This document shows positions 17,541 through 27,007 of a DNA stretch of 64,000 nucleotides, one piece after another (the stretch's first letter is position 1; the number at the start of each line of letters is the position of its first letter). The notes below the pieces were generated by a model. The model searched no databases. It saw nothing but the letters and a program-made list of their open reading frames with translations, and was not told where the DNA came from. The DNA comes from an uncultured Chloroflexia bacterium (GTDB lineage Bacteria > Chloroflexota > Chloroflexia > Thermomicrobiales > UBA6265): NCBI GenBank assembly GCA_963750275.1, contig CAVVQC010000011.1:152880-216879 (forward strand), written 5' to 3'. The position numbers were made by a program, and so were the translations under genes.

Positions 17541-19784
17541 TTAAGACTTCTCCACCGGCACCGCGTTACTGTCGAGATGGTAGGGAACGCTGGTCACGAC
17601 CGTCCCTGGGCGGAAGAGGAGCGCAGCCTTGAGGCGCAGGGCGGTCTGGTTGTGCAGGATATGCTCCCAGAGGTGATGCGCTACGAATTCCGGCAGCACC
17701 ACCGTGATGGTGTCGCCCGGCCGTTGTTTTTCGACCTCATCCAGATAGCTCATCAATGGGCCGATTAGGGCGCGATACGGCGATTCGATCAGGATGAGCG
17801 GAATGTCCGTCCCGATTTCTTCCCAGCGGCGTTGGAATTCATCCAGGTCCGAACTTTCGTCACTGACGTGCACCGCAGTGACGTTGTCTGAGATCGAGCG
17901 AGCGTACGCCAGCGTTTGACGCGCCACCCGATTGAGCTGAGATACGGGCACGATGACGGTGTGATGAATGTCCTTCGGATCGAGCGGAGTCGAAACTGCC
18001 AGCTCGGCGGAGGCGCGGCTGTAATGCTTGTGAATCCCACGCATCAGCAGGATGAGCATGGGGATGACAATGCAGATGATCCATGCGCCATGTGTGAACT
18101 TGGTAAACCCTACGATGATCGCCACAACACCGGTCGCCACCGCACCCACGGCGTTCACCAGCAGCCCCATGTGCCAGCCCGGCTCTTTCATGCGCACCCA
18201 GCGGACGCACATACCGGTTTGTGAAATGGTGAACGAAAGGAAGACGCCCAGCGCATAGAGCGGGATCAGTCGCTCGGTTTCACCGCCGAAGAAAGCCAAT
18301 ACGAGACTGGCCATCAGGCCGAGCGTTACGATGCCGGTGGTATAAGCCAGCCGATCGCCGCGATAGGTGTATTGGCGGGGAATATATGAATCGCGCGCCA
18401 GGAAGTATGCGAGGCGGGGGAAGTCGGAATACGCGGTGTTTGCGGCCAGTACCAGGATCGCCATCGTCGAAAACTGGATGTAGTAGTAGGCCGCGTTCGT
18501 GCCGCCAAAGACTTCCCGAGCGATTTGGGAGACCACCGTTTGATAGTTCGCTTCGGCTTGATCGAGTGGGAGTGCACCGTACTGGTGCGCCAGGAACGTG
18601 ATGCCGGAGAACGTAATCGCCAGGATGGTGATCATGATCGTAAGTGTCTTGCGAGCGTTGACCGATTCCGGCTTGCGGAAGGCCGGAACTCCATCAGAAA
18701 TCGCCTCGACCCCGGTCAACGCCGCACATCCCGAAGCAAATGCCCGCAGGATCACCAGCGCGCCGATCGCACCCAGACCAGCTCCTTCGTTCTGTGTCAT
18801 CACCGGCTCATGTACCGGAAATCCGGCAAGGGCATTTCGAACGAGCCCGATCCCCAGCATGATGAAGATGCCGAAGAGAAAGAGATAGGTTGGAATCGCG
18901 AAAATCGTTCCCGATTCGCTTAATCCGCGCAAGTTGACCGTTGTCACGAAAATGATGAAGAAAATGCCAATAAGCACCCGATGCTGGTTGAGCTCGGGTA
19001 CGGCTGACGACATCGCGGCGACTGCCGCGGCAATACTCACTGAGACGGTCAACACATAATCGGTGAGCAGAGCCGCGCCAGCAGTGAGGGACGGGAGCTC
19101 GCCAAGGTTGTCCTTGGCCACGATATAGGCACCGCCGCCGTGCGGATAGGCCTTGATTGTTTGTCGGTAAGAAATGCCAACGATGATCAGCAATGCCACG
19201 ATGGCTGCGCCGATCGGCAAACTCTTCGAGAGCGCCAGCAAACCGCCGGCCACGAAAAGCACTCGCAGGATTTCTTCGGTGGCATAGGCCACCGATGAAA
19301 GCGCGTCCGACGAGAGCACCGCCAGTGCTTTCGCGTTGGATAATCGCTGGTGATCGGCCGAGGCCGTGGTCATCGGCGCACCGATCAGCACGCGCTTGAT
19401 TCGTTGAAAGCCACGGCCAATTGGCCCGCGAGCTTCCGACGCGTCCTCGGTGGCCACCAGATGCCCCGGACCGCTTCGCGCGAAATCGTCGGTCTTTTGC
19501 CGGATTACCCGTACATAGCGGTCGCCGATGTGCGAGCCGAGGACCTGTTGTTTGCCGGAGAAATCGCCCTTCAGGCGCGATTCCGGTTTACGGAATGTTG
19601 GTTCTGCCCGGTAGGGGTCGACTGGCGCTTTTGGCCCGGCGGATTCACGACCAGAGTCGACCGATTCGGGCGCGCGTCGTTTGGGTTTATAGACGGTTGG
19701 ACGTTTGGGTGTGGAGCCGCCATCCGCGGCATCGGAGCCTGCGTTCGATGGAGTTGTCGGTGTCGGATTCTCGCCCGACGGCAT
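17541..19784 (-). CDS. APC-superfamily permease with a long N-terminal low-complexity extension and a C-terminal cytoplasmic domain
   Basis: GAAGGA lies upstream of the ATG at 19784. Motif LAVLSSDALSSVAYATEEIL is followed by about 12 hydrophobic segments and a soluble tail of about 190 aa. Confidence 0.85.
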   Translation of the reverse strand: MPSGENPTPTTPSNAGSDAADGGSTPKRPTVYKPKRRAPESVDSGRESAGPKAPVDPYRAEPTFRKPESRLKGDFSGKQQVLGSHIGDRYVRVIRQKTDDFARSGPGHLVATEDASEARGPIGRGFQRIKRVLIGAPMTTASADHQRLSNAKALAVLSSDALSSVAYATEEILRVLFVAGGLLALSKSLPIGAAIVALLIIVGISYRQTIKAYPHGGGAYIVAKDNLGELPSLTAGAALLTDYVLTVSVSIAAAVAAMSSAVPELNQHRVLIGIFFIIFVTTVNLRGLSESGTIFAIPTYLFLFGIFIMLGIGLVRNALAGFPVHEPVMTQNEGAGLGAIGALVILRAFASGCAALTGVEAISDGVPAFRKPESVNARKTLTIMITILAITFSGITFLAHQYGALPLDQAEANYQTVVSQIAREVFGGTNAAYYYIQFSTMAILVLAANTAYSDFPRLAYFLARDSYIPRQYTYRGDRLAYTTGIVTLGLMASLVLAFFGGETERLIPLYALGVFLSFTISQTGMCVRWVRMKEPGWHMGLLVNAVGAVATGVVAIIVGFTKFTHGAWIICIVIPMLILLMRGIHKHYSRASAELAVSTPLDPKDIHHTVIVPVSQLNRVARQTLAYARSISDNVTAVHVSDESSDLDEFQRRWEEIGTDIPLILIESPYRALIGPLMSYLDEVEKQRPGDTITVVLPEFVAHHLWEHILHNQTALRLKAALLFRPGTVVTSVPYHLDSNAVPVEKS

Positions 19785-20094
19785 AGGTCGATCCTTCGGC
19801 TGGCGGATAACGAATCACATAGTTTCCACGCCGAACGGGAATGATAGGGGAAAGCTGCAAAAGGCATGGTATTCTCGGATTGCCCCGTCAGCGGCCCACC
19901 GCAGCGTTCCCCGATCCCGCCTTTGCCGGCATCTGCATTCGGGGTCTCCCGGGTAACGTTGGGAAACGATCCGAGTGTTGCCGCGTTCATACAACGAGAG
20001 GGTGTTTTGCAGGTTGCAGCCGGCAAGGCGTTGAGACGGCTCGCGAGCTGGCGCAGCCGGATCCACCTCACAGAAGCCCCGCGGGAGGTTCCAA

Positions 20095-23032
20095 ATGATG
20101 AGGTTGGCCGCGTTCGGACGCTCGCTTGCGCAGCGTCTGCTCATCGTGATGGTGGCGACTCTGGCGCTCTTACCCCTGGTAGGAGGCGCGTCTCCTGCTT
20201 CCGCTCAGGGCACCGCTCTCATCGAAATTACCAATCTCGATGTGGGCACCGGGCTCCCCGTCCCGTTTACCCGATTTCAAGTCACCAGCGAAAACGGGAC
20301 GCTTTACGGTCCTCTGGAGACCGACCTGAATGGCTACGTTGCATTTTCGGTGACCGTCGATCCCCAGGGCACCAGCTTCACTGCCGAAGAGGAGACACCG
20401 CCTGCTTGCGCAACCGCGCCTCAGCCGCAAACCACCGATCCGCTCATGGCCGGTGATGCTGCATCGCTCGAATTTTTGACGCAAGACAACCCAGGCTGTG
20501 GGCTTGGCACCATCGCGCTCTATGCCATGGCCTGCCCGGACGACTTCACCGGTCCGGCGGATGACTACGGTCCCTGGCGGGACGGCTGCACGGGCACCAA
20601 CGATGGAACGGGCTTCACCATTTCCTCGGTGACAACCGGCGAGACGTGGAATCCCAGCTCCGGCGCCTATGGCGTGCCGGGCCGGGCGCCGGTGGTCGGT
20701 CTCCCCGCCGGCGAATACACCATCCAGCAAAACGGCGATATGCCCTCCTCCGTCTTCTGCCTGGTTTATGACACCGCCAATTACCCCACCAGTCCTGAAC
20801 CATCGACGGTGATTCCGGTGCCACTCACGAATGGGGTCGGAACGGTCTCACTGAATGGAAACCGCCTGTCGTGCGACTTTTTCACCGTTCCCGGCGGTGT
20901 GGTTCAGCAAGACCCAACGTTGGACATCGTCGAACCTGCGAACAGCGCCAACCTCGACGTGCATATCGCGCAGTGTCCCGAGGGATATGTTCCGACCGAG
21001 TCGATCTATGACGATTGCCATGGGAACGGCCTGGGCGCAATTCCCGTTCAACTCAGTTCCAGTAACGGATTCAGTGGCACGGTGGCCACGAGCCTGCCTG
21101 AGACCCCCGGACCCGGTGTCGCCGGCTTCGCCAATCTCCCCGGTGGGAGCTACACCGTCGGTGCCAGCATCCCGGCTGATTCGACCTCTCTCACCTATTG
21201 CTCCGATGATGCGTTCGACGAGGTGCCCTCTACGTTCGACGATGGCAATCGCACCCTTTCGCTCGATCTTGGCGACGGCCAAATCGTTACCTGCGATTGG
21301 TATGTCATACCGAACCCCGTGCAACCCGCGGTAGGGACCTCGTCACTGGAAATGCACGCGTTGCTTTGTCCGAACGGAACCGATCCTGACAGTGCCCTTT
21401 ACGACCAGTGCCACAGCAACGGCTTGGCTGGCGTGACGTACACCGTCAACGGTCCAAATGGGTTTAGCGACCAGGCGACCACGACCGTGCCAACCGAGCC
21501 CGGTCCCGGCATCGCAAACTTCGGCGCGCTTACAGTGGGCACCTACACGATTACGCAAGAGGGTGTCGATCCCTCGACCGAACTGGTGACCTATTGTTCG
21601 CTGGCTGATGCCGATGTCGTCGTGCCGGTCAGCTACGTCGATGCCAACACCATATCGCTCGATCTCCCGCCGGATACCAGCGTGGTCTGCGACTGGTACG
21701 TCGATTCCGCCCCCGGATGCAAACACGACGCTGCAAGTGACAAGCTACCGCTGTGTCTTCAATTTGATGGCGGATGTCGATACGCCGCTGGAGACTTTCC
21801 TGGAAAATTGCCAGCCGAGCGAGGGAACCACCCAGTTCACGCTCACGCCCGATGGCGCCGAAAGCGTCACCCGCACGACCGGATCGGCTGGAGTGGGAAC
21901 GCTCCTCTTCGAATCGTTGCCCACCAACTCGTATTCGTTGCGCTCCAGTATCCCCGGCGACTTCAATGACGCATATGTTTTCTGTGGAGTCGAGGGAGAC
22001 GCCCTTCAATTCTCCGGGCAACAAGGACTGTCGATCGCAATCGATGCCACCCAGGGGCCGTACGCCTGCGAATGGTTCAACGTTGGCCAGAATGCCAGCG
22101 GATATTCCGACACCCTCACGGTCACGAGTTACCTCTGCCCCTCAGGAACCTCCGCAAGCTACGCCGACCGATGCGGCAACGCTCCCCTTGCCGGGGCAAC
22201 CCTGCTGCTCGACCGCAACGGTTGGGACGAGCTCGACGCGTTCACCGATGCGAATGGCTTTGCGTCGTTCGAGGGATTACTTCCCGGCAGTTACACCATC
22301 ACGAATTTGCCGCCTGCCGGGACGAACGTGGCGGTCTACGTCGTTTCCTGCGTCGCTGATGGCCAATCGTTTGAGTTCAGCTACAGCGATAAGCAAAGTA
22401 TGAGCATCGTGTTCGAGCTGCCGGGAGATGTGGACGTCGATTGTGCCTGGTACAACATTCCACCCGGAACCCCGGCAGTTATCCCCGGGGAAACCTCAGG
22501 CTCGATCACGGTGCACAAGTTCCTCTGCCAGGGCAAGTCGATCAACCAATACAACTGGGATTCGGACTGCCCCGCGGAGACGGTGCCAATTGCCTTTTCG
22601 CTCAAGACTGCGGCCGGTCTGCCAATCGCTGTCGGCACGACCAACGGCTCGGGCATCCTGACCTTCACCAATCTGGCGAACGGTGCGTACAACCTCGACG
22701 AAACCAGCGGCGACTGGTGCCATGCCGAAGCCGACCGGGTCGATTCGGCTGGCAATGTCCTGGTCCAGAACGGCGGCAAAAACAATGTCTACATCTACAA
22801 CTGTTCGCTGCAGAACGTCGACAATCTGCCCAGCACCGGTACTGGTGTAGCTGGAGCGCCGGTGCGGACCGAGTTTGACAGCGACCGGCTTCGGCAATTG
22901 CTTGTCTGTGCGGTCGCGACGTTGGCTATCGCGCTCATCGTGCGTCGCGGGTTGCTGTTGGCAGTCCTGCAATCGACCGAGGTGAGCGATGAGCCGGCCC
23001 GACCAGTGCGGGGAGAAGATCCGCTTATCTGA
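20095..23032 (+). pseudogene. LPXTG-type anchored surface protein built from four-cysteine modules; reading frame broken by a 1-nt indel at a C5 run (about 21710-21716)
   Basis: Track ORFs 20095..21969 and 21608..23032 are two halves. Protein-like sequence runs ...VVCDWYVDSAP in the first frame and DANTTLQVTSYRCVF... in the second. Removing one base of GCCCCCGG restores ...CDWYVDSAPDANTTLQVTSYRC..., matching the other module junctions. GGGAGG RBS and signal peptide at the N-terminus. C-terminus: LPSTG, hydrophobic stretch, RRG. Confidence 0.85.
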
Positions 23033-23073
23033 AACCGGAGTGGCTGCCAGCACGTCAGTCGGTCTTCCAAACC

Positions 23074-23622
23074 CTATGGGGTTGCGAAGTTGGGCATTTT
23101 TGGATTTGAGCAGTCTCCGGCGGAAGAGCCTGCCCGGTAGCTCGAGGTGATAACGGATCCCTGAAGCCGATCGGATACGCGAAAGAGCGAGCCGGGCATC
23201 TCCGGCTCGCTGTTGCTTGTCTGGCCCTCTCGAGTTGTGTCAGCGAACTCCACCACCGATCGCGGGAACGTGCATTCGGGCAAGCAGAAGCAAAGCTCGT
23301 ACGTAGCGCTTCCGTATTCGATCGAACTCGCCAGAACAATCCGCGGACGCAGATCTCTGCCGAAATCGAGCGCGTCCATGTCTCGATTCGTCGGAGCTGT
23401 CTGGTGAATCGATGGCGGAATCCATATCTTTTCCGCCGCTATTTCAATCCAGGCTGATGTAGCGATGTGTGCTGAGATATCCAAAATGAACGATTGGCCC
23501 ACGGTTTTTCTGGAAATCGGCCGGTTCGACAGAATTCGTTGCGGAAGGTAATAAAGCTGGAAGGAAAACTTCCTTGTATACAGGGGCTTGCAATTCTTGT
23601 ATACAACTGTTAAAGTGCGCAA
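23074..23622 (-). CDS. Hypothetical protein; weak call, true start possibly the internal ATG at 23379
   Basis: Only long ORF in a lower-GC 740-bp gap. The 3' 100 codons have GC-rich third positions. The 5' part is AT-rich and may be promoter DNA. No motif recognised. Confidence 0.3.
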   Translation of the reverse strand: MRTLTVVYKNCKPLYTRKFSFQLYYLPQRILSNRPISRKTVGQSFILDISAHIATSAWIEIAAEKIWIPPSIHQTAPTNRDMDALDFGRDLRPRIVLASSIEYGSATYELCFCLPECTFPRSVVEFADTTREGQTSNSEPEMPGSLFRVSDRLQGSVITSSYRAGSSAGDCSNPKMPNFATP

Positions 23623-23658
23623 TTAGCCGAGAATCTGCAACTGGTACTTACCAGTTGC
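23573..23658. promoter_or_regulatory. Operator-like elements upstream of the TSP3 surface-protein gene: two CTTGTATACA boxes and a 22-bp perfect palindrome
   Basis: CTTGTATACA at 23573-23582 and 23596-23605 (TGTATACA is self-complementary). GCAACTGGTA-CT-TACCAGTTGC at 23637-23658. Confidence 0.35.
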
Positions 23659-23779
23659 GCAGAGCAACGAACCCGGCGTCTCTGTTGGTGCGACGTAGCA
23701 CTGGCTGGATGCGGAAAGCTCGTGTGTCTGTTTTCGCCTACATAGATAGTTAGCGATATTGAGCGTCTGGAATTGATCT

Positions 23780-26700
23780 ATGAGAAAACCAACGTTCAGT
23801 TTTACGCGCATCATTCCGCTGGTTTTCGTGCTCTTCGCGCTGGTGGCTCCGGTCGCCGGCCCGGCTATCACCCATTCCAGCGGTTCCAGCGGCAACGTGC
23901 TTGCGCAGGATATTCAGGATCGGGATGGCGACGCCATCGCCGATGCCGAGGATCCCTGTCCGGATGATCCGACCAATCAATGCGAAGTGGTGCAGTCCAA
24001 CGATCAATCCTCACAGGGATTGCAACAGCAGGACGAATCTCAAACGGAGCAGCAAGAGTCCCAAATCGTCGATTCCGATAATGACGGCATCGCTGACGAG
24101 CTCGATGAATGCCCCCTCGATCCATCCAACCAGTGCAACGTCCAGGAAGAGCCGCTGATCGTCGATTCCGACAGTGATGGCATCGCCGACGAGCTCGATG
24201 AATGCCCCCTCGACGCAACTAACCAGTGCAACGTCCAGGAAGAACCGCCCCTTGATTCCGATGGGGACGGTTTCGCTGATATAAATGACAACTGCCCCAG
24301 CGTCGCGAACGCCGACCAGGCCGACGGCAACAGCAACGGCATCGGCGATGCCTGTGATGCGCCCGATCCAGCACCCGTTCCGAACGATGCCGATTTCGAC
24401 TCGGTTCCGGATGAGATCGACAATTGCCCACTGATCTCGAACATCGACCAGGCTGACTCGGATGGTGACGGCGTTGGAGACTTGTGTGCCGAAGCGCCCC
24501 CGATCGGAACTTCGACCTCAGGAGATCTGAACACCGCTACCGCCACCGCTATCACCGTGACCCCAACGCCGGAAGAGATGGTGCGAGCCGCAGCGGTCAA
24601 TCCTCCGCCGGCTAATTCAGTGCAGATCGGCTGTTCGGTCAGCCTTTCGAATCCGAACAGCCGTGAAGTCACCGCGATCGTGAAGCCGGCTACTGGCTGG
24701 ACCGTCGACCGCATCCAACTCGTCGTCTACGGACTGGATAACGCGACGGTCGTCTATACGAATACGCTCACGGCGCCGCCACCAATTTCCTTGCCGTATG
24801 TCTACGACTCTGGATTCGGTGCTTATGGTGGTATCCAGATTTCAGCCAACTACGTCGCAACCGATGGCTCAGAGCCCGATAAAGGCTTCTATTTGCGCGG
24901 CTCCTGTGCGCCTGAACCGACACCAACGCCGACAGCCACTGCAACGTTCACCGTAACGAACACACCGACCAACACTCGGACGGCGACCCGCACCGCTACC
25001 GCGACCAGAACTGCATCGAATACTCCAACGAAAACCGCGACCCGCACAATCACGCCGACCCCTTCGATCACCCCGACCCCTTCGATCACCAATACCCCGA
25101 CTGCGAGCAGAACAAGCACGGCGACCAGAACCGCAACGAGCACACCAACAAAAACCGCCACTCGGACGATTACGCCGACTCCGTCGATTACTGCGACTCC
25201 GTCCATAACTCGCACGGCGACCCCATCGGCTACTCGCACGATCACGCGGACGCCGAGTGCTACGCGAACGGCAACGGGTACGCCCACAAAAACGTCGACG
25301 CCGTCAATTACCCCCACTCCATCCATAACGAACACCCCAACGCCGAGCAATACCCGCACGGCGACGGGAACCGCGACCAGTACGCGCACCATTACTCCGA
25401 CAGCCACGGCGTCCAACACTCGGACTGCCACCGCGACGCCAACGTCGACGCATACGCCGACCAGCACGCCCACAAGCACGCCAACCAATACCCCAACGAA
25501 TACAGTCACACCGACAGCCTCGCTGCCGGATGGCACGCTGCGAGTCTTCTGCGGCACCGAGATTGGTGGATTCAACTACAGTGTGATCGCCCAAACGGTC
25601 GGCACACCGAATGCGCCAGATATCTACATAACAAAGCTAACGTTCGATGGCCAGTACGAGTACCTGTTCCTCCCGGCTACCTACTCCTACAGCTTTGATG
25701 GGCCGTATGAATCGGTCTGGGCACTGGCTGTCTATTACGACGCACAGGGCAACGTCTTCGGAACTGCGTGGGGAATGCTCACCTGCAACGTGACGCCAGG
25801 CCCAACCTGGACGCCCACCAATACTCCAACAGTGACGAATACGCCTACGGCTACTTACACGCCGACGAACACGCCGACCAATACGCCGACGAACACGCCG
25901 ACCAACACGCCGACGAACACGCCGACCAATACGCCGACGAACACGCCGACGAACACGCCGACGAAGACACCAACCAACACGCCAACCAACACGCCGACGA
26001 AGACACCAACACGCCGACGAACACGCCGACGAAGACGCCGACGAACACGCCGACGAACACGCCGACGAACACGCCGACGAATACGCCGACGAATACGCCG
26101 ACGAACACACCAACCAATACGCCGACGAACACGCCGACGAACACGCCGACGAATACGCCGACGGAGACGCCGACGAACACACCAACCAATACGCCGACGA
26201 AGACACCAACCAATACGCCGACGAACACGCCGACGAATACGCCGACGAACACGCCGACCAATACGCCGACGAACACGCCGACGAACACGCCGACCAACAC
26301 GCCGACGAAGACACCGACCAACACGCCGACGAATACGCCGACGAACACGCCGACGAACACACCAACCAACACGCCGACGAACACGCCGACGAACACGCCG
26401 ACGAACACGCCGACGAAGACGCCGACGAACACGCCGACGAATACGCCGACGAACACACCAACCAACACGCCGACGAACACGCCGACCAACACGCCGACGA
26501 ACACGCCGACGAACACGCCGACGAACACACCGACGAACACGCCGACGAACACACCGACCAACACGCCGACGAACACGCCGACCAACACGCCGACGAACAC
26601 GCCGACGAACACGCCGACCAACACGCCGACGAATACGCCGACGAACACGCCGACGAACACACCAACCAATACGCCGACGAAGACTCCGACACCATGGCTG

Positions 26701-26871
26701 ACTCATACGCCAGGGCCAAGCCCGACCGGGACGATCACACCGAACTTCCCGAGGACGGGGTCAGGTGGCGGAACCTTTGGAGGATCGAGCTCGGCGCTGC
26801 TCGTGTTGCTTACCAGCGTCATCGCGCTCTTTGGCCTGCGCTTGCGCAAGACATCAAAGCGCCGGACCTAA
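23780..26871 (+). pseudogene. Secreted surface protein: thrombospondin type-3-like Ca-binding repeats, two globular domains, long Thr/Pro linkers, C-terminal FPRTG anchor signal. Frame broken inside the TPTN array near 26008
   Basis: Track ORFs 23780..26701 and 25768..26871. The first frame degenerates to RRRTRRR after about 26010, while the second reads TPTNTPTN to the end. Signal peptide [49 protein letters not shown]-type repeats, about 7. Tail: [42 protein letters not shown]. Confidence 0.85.
25859..26682 (+). repeat. 12-nt tandem array (ACGCCGACGAAC and variants, encoding TPTN/TPTK), roughly 69 units
   Basis: Uninterrupted ACGCCGAC[GC]AA[CT] units with occasional ACACCAACCAAC and AAG variants. 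One truncated 8-nt unit, ACACCAAC, at 26003-26010. Confidence 0.95.
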
Positions 26872-26891
26872 TCGGTTAGATCGTATCTAGC

Positions 26892-26931
26892 GAAGGAGGC
26901 CGCCCCATATCGGGGCGACCTCCTTCTTTTT
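26892..26931 (+). terminator. Strong rho-independent terminator after the TSP3 surface-protein gene
   Basis: GAAGGAGGCCGCCCC, loop ATATC, GGGGCGACCTCCTTC (14 of 15 bp paired), followed by TTTTT. Confidence 0.85.
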
Positions 26932-27007
26932 CCTTGATTCGCGCGGGTATTTTCTCGAGAGGCCCGCTACCGGTCGAACGTCGTGAACTTGGGGGAAGCG
27001 CTTACGA

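Noticed and set aside
25859-26682. Possible CRISPR array, given the regular short repeats
   Set aside because: The units are contiguous 12-mers with no spacers, lie inside a coding frame, and no cas genes are nearby. The dispersed 28-nt repeat is also not CRISPR, as its spacing is irregular and its copies are scattered over 40 kb.
25637-26719. Long ORFs on both strands across the TPTN array (SSACSSAY..., VGVFVGV..., RRRVRRR... peptides)
   Set aside because: They are alternative-frame readings of a 12-nt tandem repeat. Only the TPTN frame connects to a signal peptide upstream and an anchor signal downstream.
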